DNA of 64,000 bases from Camelus dromedarius (GCF_036321535.1 NC_087436.1:55864001-55928000), one strand, 5' to 3'; shown: positions 40,144-53,309, numbered from the stretch's first letter. Notes: a model not told the origin generated them from the sequence alone. Numbers and translations: made by a program.

Positions 40144-41163
40144 CTAAGTAGTATGGCTCATTATTTTATTTTAATTTGATATACCCCAGATAAAAAGATG
40201 AAGGTATCCTACCTTGTACTATATAAGAACAAAAATAAGAAGGGAAAATACATGTTTGTTTATTTGTTTGTTATAAAGGTCCTAATGCTTCAATTAACAG
40301 CTGAAGCAAATTCAGAAAATTCAGCAGGACATTTCAGGAGAGTTACATGTGTGGTTGAAGGGGTTGGACTGCATGAAGCAAAGTGAAGAAAAGGAGAGAA
40401 GGAAAGGGGGTGGTGGAAGCAGTTGTTTAAGGCTAAGATCTCCGACAGTTTTCATCAACTCAGAAGTCAAAAGGGTGTACCGAGTAAGAACAAGTTTAGT
40501 CAACAATTTTAGCTTGAATCTCAAAAAGGCAAGATAGAGCTGCCTTATTCCTAGTTTGGACTAGAGTCCCTCAGTATCTAGTAAATGCGACAGACAGGCA
40601 AACCTCCTGCAGCAGAGGAAAGCAGAAACAAAAAAACCAGGAGCAAAACCCAGGTGCCCCAGGTTTTGAGGACCATGGGCGGCAGCGTGGTGGCAGGAAG
40701 GCTGGAAAAGGGAGAGCCATGACAGTAGTTCACACACTCAACAAACTTCATAAGCAAAAATCAAATTCAGTCATCATTCCAATAATGAAATATCTTTGCA
40801 GTAAGTAGAGATAACAGGTTTTTTGTTCTCTCCTCTCTCCCTCTCTCTCTCCCTCCTCTGCCCCTTTCTCTCACTCTCCAACAATGATAAAATTCTAAAA
40901 CTTTTACATTACAACAAGCAAATATAGGTGTGAATTAGTCTTTCACAATTTCACACAGAAAATTTTTTGAACTTTAATTTTTTTTTCTTCTTCAGAATTG
41001 GTCAATATGTAATCCTTGGGGGATGAATTGGAGAGAGACTGAAACAACAAAATTGTGGATATAAAGGTGACCCGAGGACTTAAAAAATTTAGTTAATGTG
41101 TTACTCCTAAGGAGTTAAAGAAAGGTTATGTCAACTAAAGTACCTTAAAAGTACCCTTCTTAC

Positions 41164-41625
41164 CATGCAGCTGTCTATCTCCTGAAGCAGTTACATTTCC
41201 TAACCACCTCAAATAGCCTCTGGGTTCCACTAAATATGAACAGAGGGATCTCATTTATCACTTCCTAATCCAAACCATAGTTCATGTTTTCAGTGCTGTA
41301 TCCTCTTCTTAGACCACTCTTCTTGGACAAAGGATCTCTCTCCTTGAGGCTATTCCATTTAGTGATCACTCCTGTATTGCTTATGACTTTTCGTAATTAA
41401 TCATATCAAGAATGGAGAAGTGACTCATCACTAGGTTCTTTATGTTTCTGCTCATGATTGTTTGTGGAAGCTTTATGACTACTCTAAGGCTTGACAAGTC
41501 AATATCAGTGACTTGTTCTTTCAAAGGCCCTATAGCCATCTTGACATGGCATAATCTGGCAACCTTTGCCCAAAGAATCACATTTTAGTAGTTAGAAAGA
41601 GAATATGCATACCAGACATTTAAAC
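41164..41625 (-). pseudogene. Candidate exon GLNVWYAYSLSNY*NVILWAKVARL...VIKLPQTIMSRNIKNL
   Basis: Acceptor gtatgtctatag, donor ATG|GTAAGA, 462 nt. The N-terminal peptide parallels RGS4-type GLxxFxAFLxSEY...NIxFW. Needs a frameshift and has stops. Confidence 0.5.
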
Positions 41626-41746
41626 CTATAGACATACATCTTGATGCAACGTCAGTTTTTTATTTTTACCATATTTCTTTGCCCTGTTTTTCCCACACAG
41701 ATGCCTGTATTTCTCCACACAGACAGAATGAGTCGAATTAGCTTAC

Positions 41747-41862
41747 CTCATATGTAATTCAATCTACTCCTATTAAATATGGGAAATGTGTTTACTCTTC
41801 AAATAGGACGATAAATGTACTTGAAAGTACTTCATCTCTAATCTTGAACTGAGACTGAAGAG
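41747..41862 (-). pseudogene. Candidate exon LQSQFKIRDEVLSSTFIVLFEE*THFPYLIGVD*ITYE
   Basis: Strong acceptor ctcttttttttctatatag and donor GAG|GTAAGC; 116 nt, two stops. Confidence 0.5.
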
Positions 41863-42744
41863 CTATATAGAAAAAAAAGAGCTATATAGAAAAAAAGAGC
41901 AGACAAGAGTTTTGAAATCCTATAAACACTGATTCTTGGCTCTGTCAATTATTTCCTGTGAGGCTACAAACAAGATCTTCACTTCTCTGATCCTCAGTTT
42001 CCTTAATATGGACATGTTAACTTCCAATTTTCAAAGTAGTTAGAACTCTGAGACAATGTATATATTTTTATTTTTTATATATTTTTATAATTTTTTATTT
42101 TATTATTATTATTAACGATACATGTTTTAGAGTCCATTGTTTCCTTCTGTGACATTTTAAAAGGCCAAGGTTCCCAGAGCTCAGAGTCTCATTAAAAGTA
42201 GAGCAGTTGTATAATTATACAAATTATTTATATATGTATATAATTGCATATAAATAGAAATTATATACATGTATTCATATAATATGTATATATAAATATA
42301 ATTGGATATATATGCACATATGTCTGTATACATATGTGCACATATATAAATATACACAGAACCTGGTTTAATTATTAATAAACTCAAGTCTACAAAACAT
42401 AGAGATTAAATAATTTCTAACTGATTAAATTGACTTCCTGAATATAGTCACTGATTTTATAAGTAACAGCTAAGAAATTGTACATTTTTAATAATGGATG
42501 AATAACATCACATTTCTTTACTCAAGGAAGTTATTAACAAAGTATGCATTACTGAAAGTGTTGCTATAAAAATATATAAACAAGCTTTTTTATCCTTGTA
42601 GTTTTAAAATGTCTTCTATTGGTCCCAGACAAAAAGGCAGTGGCTCCTTTTTATTTTTAAATGCCCCCAAATCCTCCTGTAAAAACAGAACAACTAAGAT
42701 AACAAGATAAAAATTAACAAACAAACAAGAACCACCACAAGCCA

Positions 42745-43755
42745 AGGAAATACAAATTATGCTGGAAATGAATGAAACAGAGAATAGAAAAACAATACAG
42801 AAAAATCAACAAAACCAAAAATTGGGTTATCAAAAAGATCAACAAAAGTGATTCACCCTAACTATACTGACAAATGAAAGAAGATTCAAATTAAGAAAAT
42901 CCAGAATAAAAGAGAGGACATCACAACTAACTTTACAAAAATAAAACAGATTATACAGGATACTACAAACAGTTGTACACCAAGTTAAGTAACACAGATA
43001 AAAAGGATATATTCCTAGAGGGACACAAACTACCAAATTGATTCAATAAGAAATAGAAAATATGACTAGACCTATAGCAAGAAAAGGGAATTAATAATTA
43101 AAAACCTTTCCACTTCAAAGAAAATCCAAAGCCCAAACTCTCAAAAATAGATAAGGATGAAATGCTTTCCAACTCATTCTATTAGGCCAGTATTTCCATG
43201 ATACCAAAACAAGACATCACAAGAAAAACAAAACAAAACAAATTTTAAAAACTACAGACCAACATCTTTTATGAATATAGACAGAAAAATCTTCAACAAA
43301 ATACTGGAAAACCAAATCCAGAAACATGTAAAAGAGGATTATACACCATTATCAAGTGGGATTTACCCCAGAAATGCAAAGTTGGTTTAACATACAAAAA
43401 TCAGTCAACATAATACACTGTATTAATAAAAAAAAAGTACAAAAATAACACATGATAATTTCAATAGATACAGGATACATATTTGACAAAATCTCACACC
43501 CATTCATGATAAAAAGCACTCAGCAAACTAGAACCAGAAATATACTGTTAGTCTGATAGAGGAATCCATGAAAACTCCAGAGCTAACATCATACTTAATG
43601 GGACTGACTGCTAATAGGTTTCTTTCGTGGTTGATAAAAATGTTCTAAAATTGATTGTGGTGTTGTTTGCAAAACTGTGAACATGTTGAGACTCATTAAA
43701 TTGTACACTTTAAATGGATGAATTGCATGGCATGTGAAATAAAATAATTAAAAAG
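42745..43755 (+). mobile_element. Old L1 (L1MB-like) ORF2 fragment joined directly to its 3' end
   Basis: RT-region motifs to ~43600, then the gataaaaatgttctaaaattgattgtggtg 3' UTR. Confidence 0.8.
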
Positions 43756-43764
43756 AAAAACCCA

Positions 43765-44174
43765 AAGAAGACATACAGATAGCCAACAGATACATGAAAA
43801 GATGTTCAACATCGCTAATCATCAGAGAAATGCAAATCAAAACCACAATACAAATCACCTCACACCTGTCAGAATGGCTATCCTCAAAAAAACCCCACAA
43901 CTAACAAATGTTGATGGGGATGTGGAGAAAATGGAACCTTTGTATACTGTTGTTGGGAATATAAATTGGTGCAGTCACTGTGAAAAACAGTATGGACGTT
44001 TCTCAAAAAACTGAAAATATAACTACCATAAAACCCAGCAATTCCACTCCTGGGTATTTATTTGAAAAGATACATGCATCCAATGTTCATAGTAGCATTA
44101 TTTACAATTGCCAAGATGTGGAAACAACCTAAGTGTCCATTAACAGATGAGTGGATAAAGAAGATGTGGAGATA

Positions 44175-44207
<33 letters not shown>

Positions 44208-44716
44208 ACACACACACACACACACACTCTCACACACATACACACATACATATAGATAGTCAGACAGACAGATAATGGAATACTGCTCAGCCATAAAAAG
44301 AATAAAATTTTGCCATTTGTAACAATATGAATGGGCCTGGAGGGTATTATACTTAGTGAAGTAAGTCAGACAGAGAAAGACAAATAACTGTATATTATTG
44401 GCTATAGTGGAGTCTGAAAAATAAAACAAACAAATGAATATAACCAAACAGGAACAGACTCACAGATAAAGACAACAAACTAGTAGTTACCAGTGGGGAG
44501 AAGGAAAGGGTGAGAGGTAAAACAGGGGTAGAGAATTAAAAAGTATAAACTGCTATATATAAAATAAATAAGCTGCAATGATATATTGTTTAGCACAAGG
44601 AAATATAGTCAACATTTTATAATAGCTTTAAATGAGTATATCTATAAAAATGTTGAATCACTATGATGAACACCTGAAACTAATATTGTAAACCAACTAT
44701 ACTTCAATTTAAAAAA
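43765..44716 (+). mobile_element. 5'-truncated lineage-type L1 (ORF2 C-terminus and 3' UTR) containing a (CA)n tract at ~44173-44250
   Basis: HLTPVRMAI and MFIVALFTIAKMWKQPKCP peptides; ends ctatacttcaatttaaaaaa. Confidence 0.9.
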
Positions 44717-45399
44717 TCCCACAGACAAATTCTACAGCAACATCAATGACAGTGTATCCTTAAGATAATAACATAGGAAGATAGGGCTAAAGCACAACTT
44801 TCAAAAGGTCTGTGTGGTAGTAGCAACCATGAAGGAGGACTCAGAAGCAAAGCAAAGAGACTTCCAATAGCCCAGAGAGTCAGAGACTTCATGAAGGGAA
44901 CTGTCAATCATACTCTTTCCAAATAGAGAGGGTTCAATCAGTATGCAAAAATTCACAGGTGAATAAAAGGAAACATTGGAAAATATGGTCAGTACATGGT
45001 AGTTTGGACCCTATAATCTCTAGATATCAACCATCTGTAGCTGGCTTAAAGGATCCAGTCCAACTTGAAAAGAAACCACTGGAAAGAGCAACTTCATTGA
45101 GTAGGGAAGAGACACTAGTGCAAAAGAAAAAGAAGTACCATGTAACAGTAGGGAGAGAAGCAGATGATGTAGATCTCAAAGAACACAAATCTATACTGTT
45201 GAACGTCTAGTGTTAACAAAAAGAGAAAGGAGCCCTAGGGATGTGAAGCTAGAGAACATAACCCTCCCCTCCTCCATCTGTCAGAATGGCTATCCTCAAA
45301 AAACAAAACAAAACAAAACAAACAAACAAAAAACACAACTAACAAATGTTGGAAAAACAATAATTATGCCAGTCACTTATCTATTAACTTTTAGTTTCA

Positions 45400-47050
45400 A
45401 ATCTATCTTTCTATAAACTATCTGCCCATTGGCAACCCATCAAGTTCTGGCAATAGTAGGAGGTATTATAGTAGGAATTGAAGGCAGAGAAAAGGAGAAT
45501 GGGTTTATTCTTTTCCTCTCTTCTTATTGTTCCTGATAGAAATGCTGAGTCAAGACATTTCACCACAACAGCGGGAGTTAGTTCCAGCCTCTGACCGCCT
45601 TGAGCATTCTCAGAACTGCTCCATTTTCCCCAGTCACCATTATCCTTGGCAGCTGGGCAGGCCTCCTGTAAGAAATTCTGAATTACAGCTACATAACTCT
45701 TTCCATTAATTATCTATGTATTGATAATCTCAACTTCTTACTTGAAAATGTCCTTTTTTTCTGCAGTTATTATCATCATATTACCCAGCTGTTCCCTGTT
45801 TCTGATTCAGACTTCCAACATCTGTGTAATAAACTTAGTTATTAAATTCCGTCTGTTGAAATACCTAGTTCAGTTGCTCTATTCCTGTATAAATCTTAAC
45901 TGAGAAGATTCTTGGGTTAGTTGGCAGTGTTTTTAATGCAGGTTAGATTCCCTGTCAATATGAAATAAGATCCTAGCAACCCACAGCACCCAGAGTCATC
46001 ATGGTAAATTAAATTGTAAGCAGTTGTTTTCATGACATAGTGCCTACTGGGAGTAAGTACCTTGACAAGTCAAATGGTTGTTGCACTTTACAATTGTAAA
46101 GTGGTGGTAATGGTCACTTTAAAAGCTGTGAGGAAGGATGGATATTTCTTATTGCACTGGAGAGCTTTTTGTAGATGACAAGATTGGGACATTAAACTTT
46201 CTATTCAAGTCACAAAGAACAAGAAAGATTCTACGACAGACCCAATGGAATCACTGATCTCTTAAAGCCAACAGGGCCAAGCGTGTTTAACTGTGCAAGT
46301 TAAAGAAGTAGAATGCTTTTACAGATTCACCAAGTGAAAGTTAGCACATTGACTGGAAATAATGGGACCCTGTGATCTGGAATGAGACCACATGGGTGAA
46401 CCTGAATGATCTTGAGCCTTCTAGTTTTCCTAAGTCTCCTTTACCAGCTAAAGTGTCCCCTCTTCGCATGCCTAAGGAAACCAGCGCTCCCTTGCTTAAA
46501 GACCACATAATAAACTTACAGAGGCAGCTGCATGGTAAGGAGATGCTGGGCACCTTAACAACCACCCAAACCACCCACTACTGCCTCTAGATCTATATTT
46601 AGTGCCAGATATCAGCAGGCTTGATGGAAACAAGAATGAAGTCTAACCAAGAAGAGGACCATTTACACTCCAAAAGAATTTCAATGTTTTGTTAATTTGT
46701 ATTGCCAGAAACTTTGGGAATATATGTAGTAATGAATTCTACGAGTGTTAAACCACGAAGGACAGAATATAATTTTTGATCAAGCCAAATTATTATGGAT
46801 GCACTTATCACAGATTCTGGATTTAAGGTGATGGCTCCAGCAATATAAGCAGCTCCAGCAGTTTCCTTTAAACTAAAACATAGATTTGAGAGAAGCCTAT
46901 ATTCAATAAAATTAATTTTCTTTAGCATAATGTAGAAGGAGGAATCTGAAGGCTTAAGAAGACACAGATGTGGAAGTACATGTAATTGTACACTCAACAC
47001 TCAATTCTTTGAGAGGGCCCAAAGGATGCACCATTTAATAAAGTATAGAG
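45400..47050 (+). mobile_element. Ancient ERVL-class LTR plus gag-region internal remnant
   Basis: aataaac and LTR-end-like sequence at ~45830-45905. WDPVIWNETTWVNLNDLEP (~46363-46420) matches the ERVL/MaLR gag WDPxxWxGDxW motif. Confidence 0.6.
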
Positions 47051-47359
47051 AAATACATTAGACATAGTGGCTGGTTTCCCCCCATGAGTGATTCAAAGAT
47101 GATGGCTGAAGCCACAGTGTCTTTTATGACCTATCCTTAGAAGTCACACATCATCACTTCAAAAGTACATTATTGGTCATACTGATTAGCCTGATTTGGT
47201 GTGAAAAGGAATTGTACAAGGGCATGAATATCAGGAGGCAAAGATAATTGAGGGCCACTTTGGAGACTGGTTACTACAATTTGTTTGTGATTTTGAATTT
47301 ACAATAATGAAAATACTCTAAATAATGATGAAAGATTTAAACAGCACAGAAATATTTCA

Positions 47360-48890
47360 AAATCTAAAGCTAAATTTTAAATAGTCACACATTCCAGTTA
47401 TTTATTGGGGTGCTGGCATAACCAAAAAGAGGAACTATTTCAAATAACTAAACATAAAATTTGACTACATATTCTTAGTTAGATATATTCTAAACACAAA
47501 AATAACTGAAAAAGTAATTTCAACTTTTTTGGTGTGATCATGTTTTTGGTGCTAGTACTAACAGTGTTTTTCTGATAAGAGTTTTTCTGGTAGTGGTGAT
47601 AGTGTTTTATGTGTATGGTAGAAAAAAGTCAATGAATAATTATATTGGAGTCATTGGGGACATGAATTTTCAGCATTGGTTGATAGGTGATGCAGATACA
47701 AGGTCAACAGTAATTTTTATATTTCTGATCTAATTGACCCTAAATTTGAATTCAAAGTGAATGAACTTATTAAGCATTATATATGCATTTGCTAGTTCTT
47801 CCACTGAAAAGACCTAGAAACTACGATGAGCTTAGTTTCATGATGCCACTAGTGTTCAAACTGTAGTCTCTAAATATCATTTCCCAAACAAAGAAACCAG
47901 GTGATCCTTGAAGAAGTACTTGCTTCTAATTTTCGAGGTGGGGATGTACAAGATGAGTCTGGAACATTTTGTCAACCAGAAAGCAAAAGAAGCCATCAAA
48001 GACAACTGAGGTTTAATTAAAAGAACTCAGTAGGCAAATTGAAGCATCTCTCACTGAATAATGAATTAAAAATAAATCAAATATATTTAAATCTATAGTC
48101 ATTAATGTTCTTTTAAAAAATAAGAAACAACAAAGACGAGGAAAAAGAACAAAAAGTAGAAAAGAAAACTCAATGTTTACCTTTGGACGATGTAGTGAAA
48201 GAGATATAATTAGAGGATCATCAATTAGCAGTCTTTAATGAATTAATGGATTTAGATAATAGATTTGGAAAGAGAAGTATCAGTGCTTCCTAATGGAAAT
48301 ACGGAAAACTAATTCTGAAGTATTTTTGCAAGAAAATCTTTCCCAAATATGATTAGGCCCATAGATCTAACTTCTGCATTTCAGGAAGTACAAGTCAGAG
48401 AAATATGTTATGTGATTCCACAGCAAAATTCAAATTGTTGTGATCTCAAACAAATGATTCTTTTTTCTTCAAAATGTAAATTGCAAGGGGAAAAAGGGGG
48501 GGGATGATTAATCTTTTAAAAATAAGAGACTTAAGAGATCTGTCTACCAATTACCATGTGTGAAATTTATTTGGCTCTTGATTTGAATACTTTTATGAGA
48601 CAACTGCCAATATTTGAACATGGACTATAAAATTCACTAATATTGAGAGGTATTATTCTATTAGGGTGATAATGGTATCACCGTTTTTTAAAGACTTTAT
48701 CTTTTAGATATCTGTACTGACTATTTATAAATAAAATAATATGTTGATTGGGATTTGCTTCAAAATGAAATCTAGGAAGATGAGTGTGGATATAGACGAA
48801 AAAAAACTGGCCTTGAGTTGATATTTGTTGAGTCTGGTTAAACAGGCATATAATATATATGGAGTTTTTCTTAATAAAATTTTTAATTAA
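47360..48890 (+). mobile_element. L1MC/L1MD-like long 3' region
   Basis: agtctggaacattttgtc...ccagaaagcaa; gggtgataatggtat...ccttttagata-like 3' UTR motifs. Confidence 0.6.
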
Positions 48891-49469
48891 AGTATAAATC
48901 TGTATGTTTTAGATTTTCTAAGGTAATTTAAAGTATGACTTTTAATATTGATAGTTATATCATCACATCATATATAGTCCCACTAGTATATATTTTCTCT
49001 TAGGAAACTCCTGTGATTAAAGTATACTCCACTTGATCTGTTTTTTTCCTGGCATTTTGGATACCAACAACCTTACAGATCAGCACGTGGCTTTATGCCC
49101 AGACTTTAAGACATGAGGCTAGAGCTAACAATAAAAGTAATGACTAAGCACTGTCTATTATTTACCTTCACTTAGATGCTCAAAGGGCTTTGAATTCAAA
49201 AATTAGCCAAATTATACTTGGCTGCAGATAGTCACTTAATTTTATAGCCTATTGTCTTTGGTAGTCATAAAAGAGTATGAATTGTAGAGAGGTGAGGATA
49301 AAGTGATTGGGTTAGTGCCTCATTATCCTTGCATCTCCAATTCTTTACATAGTGCCTGGCACACAGAAAATGATGAATACGTTTTGATTCATCATTGAAG
49401 GAAGGAAAGAAGAGACAGATTGCAGGAAAGAGACACAGAGAAATGGATGGGGGGTAGAATGGAAAGAAG

Positions 49470-49910
49470 CTGTACCATTTATCTATTGCCACCATAATGC
49501 TATATATAAGAAGCATAAAACCTCATTGGCAAATTACAGTAAGCTTTCAATGTCCAAGTGCCTGTGTTACTTTCTAATTGTATTTGCTGCACTTTGCTGC
49601 ATTCACTTTATCGGCTTTGGGCTTACCTAGGCAGGCCTCAGATGGACGACTGGAATAAATCAACTCTACTACATGTCTCTTATACTCCAGCAGGCTGTAG
49701 ACCAGGCCTGATGCTGGCAGCAAGGCAAGAGAGAGGGCAAGCCTATTTATTCAAGCACTTTTCCAGCTTCTTCTTAGTCATGTTTGCTATATCCTACTGA
49801 CCCAAACAAGTCACATGGCCAATCCCAGAACAATGCAAAGCTAGATTAAAAAGATCATGAATAATTGATGCAGGGAAGAATTGAGGCCATTTTTTTCTGA
49901 TGTACCACAA
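49470..49910 (-). mobile_element. Old MLT1 (MaLR) LTR
   Basis: atctattgcc...ata; tactgacccaaacaagtcacatggccaatcccaga; gaggccatttt...taccaca. Confidence 0.55.
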
Positions 49911-50282
49911 AAGAAATAAAGATACTAAATATATGACAGGGCAACTTGGAGCTCTGAATATTACTTGTTTTTTCTCTTTCTAAACCCTAAACAAATATGA
50001 TTAGAACTGTGGCACCGATTAATTTAATTAACTCTTGACTTTGATTTTAATGTATAGTTGGAGCTTGTATCATTCTTTCATTAAACATTTTTATTGAGCT
50101 CAACCTCTTTACAAACATCTGTATAAAGCTCTGTTCATTGCACATGGCAACTACTTGATAAGTATTGATTAAAGTAGCAACCTTGGTCACAGATTCCTTG
50201 TCTACTGAGCACCATTCCTTTTTGCCTCCATTATCCCATATCCAAGAGATGTTTTAGGTGAAGCAAGTGTTAGCTTGCTTAC

Positions 50283-50387
50283 CGACTCCTGATGTTTCCT
50301 TGCATGTGGAAGGATTGCCCACTGGCTAATATTCTTGTCCTCTCTAATCATATTCTGACTCCATCTCAGGTGGAATGATTTTTCTAA
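50283..50387 (-). pseudogene. Candidate exon, open frame LEKSFHLRWSQNMIREDKNISQWAILPHARKHQES
   Basis: Acceptor tttctcctcccacgcttactag, donor TCG|GTAAGC, 105 nt. In frame with the exon 180 nt upstream. Confidence 0.45.
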
Positions 50388-50567
50388 CTAGTAAGCGTGG
50401 GAGGAGAAACTGGGTACTTAAAATCCCATTCCTCTGTTTCTCTTTCTCTTAGGAGAACAGACTCATACCAAGGACAATTTTGCTCTACTCTGTTCCTCTA
50501 GGATGTCTGTCACTATGGGAAGACTCCCATCTAACTTGGGGTTGAATTTATTAAGAAGCACTCTTAC

Positions 50568-50879
50568 CTTCAGATATAAGCCAAGTCAGCCAATATTCAC
50601 TGAATCAATAAATGAGGTATTTTGCGTTCTATTTGCCTGATTATGATTAAGAACTTGAGTGTGGGAAACACATGCTATTTATGGTTCTGTACCTTCAAAA
50701 CACATCCAACAAGTCATTTTATTATTCTGCAATGACATGCTGTATTTGTAATTAGAGAGTTGGTAGTCATGTGGATTTGATGTAATCCAAAGGAAAATAT
50801 GTTGTCCAAAGTATATAATCTGTTGTCGCATCAAAGGTTTTTCCAGGATGGCAACAAATGCACAATGCCAAACACTGGA
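50568..50879 (-). pseudogene. Candidate exon (SSVWHCAFVAILEKPLMRQQIIYFGQHIFLW...), 104 codons with 2 stops
   Basis: Acceptor tttttcactttcag, donor AAG|GTAAGA, 312 nt, phase 0-0. FVAILEKPLMRQ resembles RGS helix 1 (FxxILxxPxxRxxF). Confidence 0.5.
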
Positions 50880-51375
50880 CTGAAAGTGAAAAATATAATT
50901 ATCTGATGTATAAAAGTTCAATACCCAGAACTTGAAAATATTAAAATAACCTTTCTTGTGCTTCTGCAACATCAACTTCTGTCCAGAGAGCTTAATTCGA
51001 AGTTACTTTCAGACTGAAAATATCAATAACCTTCATTTCCAATATGCTTTTTATTTCCCAAATGATCTACTAACTACAGTTTTGTATGATGTATTTTACA
51101 AGTATTTTCCCAAACCAGTTGTATAATATAAAAATAATCAAAGACGGCTAGCTAATCTTGCAAATAAACATGCTAGTTATAAAAAGTTAAAGTGACATCA
51201 ATCCTGCCCCATCCTTGAAAATAAAGTTAATTTCTGTGATTCAGTATGATTTACACTTGTTTGCTAACAACTTATATTAAAGCTTGTTTTTAACCATCAA
51301 AAAATATTTCCTGGTATGTACTATGAGGGTTTAAGGATAATGAAGTTATTTTAATTGGGTTCAAGGATTACTTAC

Positions 51376-51461
51376 TTGGCTCCATACAGAATTATGAGTA
51401 CTATCAAAGTGAATTAAACATTATGAATTGTGCTGTACTTTCTCATGACCTACTGCACTTT
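51376..51461 (-). pseudogene. Candidate degenerate exon
   Basis: Acceptor ctttcttatgcccttgcttacactag, donor CAA|GTAAGT, 86 nt. Stops in all three frames. Confidence 0.3.
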
Positions 51462-51947
51462 CTAGTGTAAGCAAGGGCATAAGAAAGATAACATCTATCA
51501 TATATTATGCTTCACAAACTATATCCATAGAAATACAGAGTTCATTTTCTTTCCTGGTCAAAAAGTGTTCAGATAGGGTTTACTACTGATTTGAAATTTA
51601 AATAAAAATTTCCTTATGAATGAGAAGATTTTGTCAGTCATGCATGTATTGTCTTTTTTTCTGATATGACCTCTGCTTTCAAGTGAATGACTTATTCCTC
51701 TTCAAAAGCTGATGAATTTTGTGAGGGGGAAAAAGCTACTATAGCTTTCCAAGGAAACAATTTGCCTTAAGTTCTTATTTCAATATTTTCTGATGCAAAG
51801 CTAAAATGCATCAAAAACAATTTTCCTGGTCTTATTTGTATCAGGTTTACCATTTCGGAAAAGTACTAGGTATAGGAGTTTAATGGAAGAGTTGTGGCTT
51901 TTCACACAACCCTAAACATGGCTTTTAACTTTATTTAAACATAGTGA

Positions 51948-52100
51948 ATCTTGTAGGAACTTATGGTGAAAAAGAATATGAAAACGAATATATGTATGTT
52001 CATGTATGACTGAAGCTTTATGCTATACACCAGAAATTGACACACATTGTAAAATGACTATACTTCAATTAAAAATATATATATACACAGACAAAAAAAA
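51948..52100 (+). mobile_element. Young L1 3' tail (camelid-like)
   Basis: tatggtgaaaaagaatatgaaaacgaatatatgtatgttcatgtatgactgaagc...ctatacttcaattaaaa; lineage assigned from remembered consensus. Confidence 0.8.
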
Positions 52101-52304
52101 GATATTAAGTCTAAGTCATTATTCTGTGTTAGCAATATTGGGACCAATGGGACCAATTTCAGAGATTGCAAAAAAAAAAAATCCTGAAAGATGGAAGAGT
52201 GTGAGATAAAAAGTAATGTCATTTTGCCTACATGATACTACATAGCAGGTCTCCAAAGCTGTGCTACACAGCTGAGCAGCAAAACACATATATATAGTAC
52301 TTAC

Positions 52305-52403
52305 ATTGCATTCTTTTCGTATTACCTCTTTTATAGTATGAAACTGATTGGTGTCTTTGATTAATCCAATTTTGTCATAAAGGGAGTCACAGCTTGGTTC
52401 ACT
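52305..52403 (-). pseudogene. Candidate exon, open frame SEPSCDSLYDKIGLIKDTNQFHTIKEVIRKECN
   Basis: Acceptor tttttagatag, donor AAT|GTAAGT, 99 nt, phase 0-0, no stop. Confidence 0.35.
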
Positions 52404-53309
52404 CTATCTAAAAATTGTTTTAAATGCCAACTTCAATCTAATATGTAAATAGCTGTTACCTAGGTACTAGGGATGCCTTTCATTGTCATCAAAATTAAAT
52501 CTTCATGTAGCACAAGGAAACAGACTCATTTCTTTTTTAAAATAACATTCTTTCACGCTGCCTAGGGAGCCCTGAGGTTAACAAAAATTACTATGGATTT
52601 AATGTCAACATTTATTTTTGTTCATAGAAAATTATATTTACAGAGCAAAGATTGAACATTTTAACCAGTGTTGTTCTTAAGATTGTTTTTGTTTCAATTC
52701 ACAGTTCCTATTGTGCTCAGATTATTTTATAGCTCAGGTAATTCAAATGACAACCATAAGTTATAAAAGCATAACAAAGATTTACCATTAAAAATTCTAT
52801 AACTTTATATACAATGGGTAAACTGTAAAACAAAAATCACTTCCTAAAAATAAATCATTGTTCTTTTATTTAATCACTGAACACATATTAAGTGCCAACT
52901 TATTATATCCTGGCCTGGCTGGCTATGGCATTCAGTCTATGAGGTACAAAATAAAATGTATAAGCGTATTTAACCTTTGTACTTACTTCAAGACACAAGT
53001 GTGAGTAGTTATAATCTCAGTTTTAGAGATGAACACACTGAAGTTTAGCAATGTTAATTTCTCAGCACAACTGGAAAGTGGCAGAGAATGAATCTGGACT
53101 CATATTTTTGAGATTACATCATAGCCACCTTTTTTTTTTTTAATGTATGCTTTATTGGTTCATTTCTTCCACTTGACTCTAATCTCCTTGAGTTTTGAAA
53201 TTCTTCTTCTACATTTCTCTCCTCTTGCAAATGCTTCACAGTAACACGTTATCTGACACTCACTAAATGTGTTACTGACAATAAATGCTTTAAAAGTTTC
53301 AGTTAAAAA

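Noticed and set aside
28633..41581. LRR or WD40 readings (VTDIDLSSL, TLNIWDL) suggesting an LRRK-like gene
   Set aside because: Isolated short matches with no repeats and no ROC/COR or kinase motifs.
50637..50692. Possible 56-nt intron inside the 312-nt candidate exon
   Set aside because: Too short for a typical mammalian intron; read-through gives a phase 0-0 exon.
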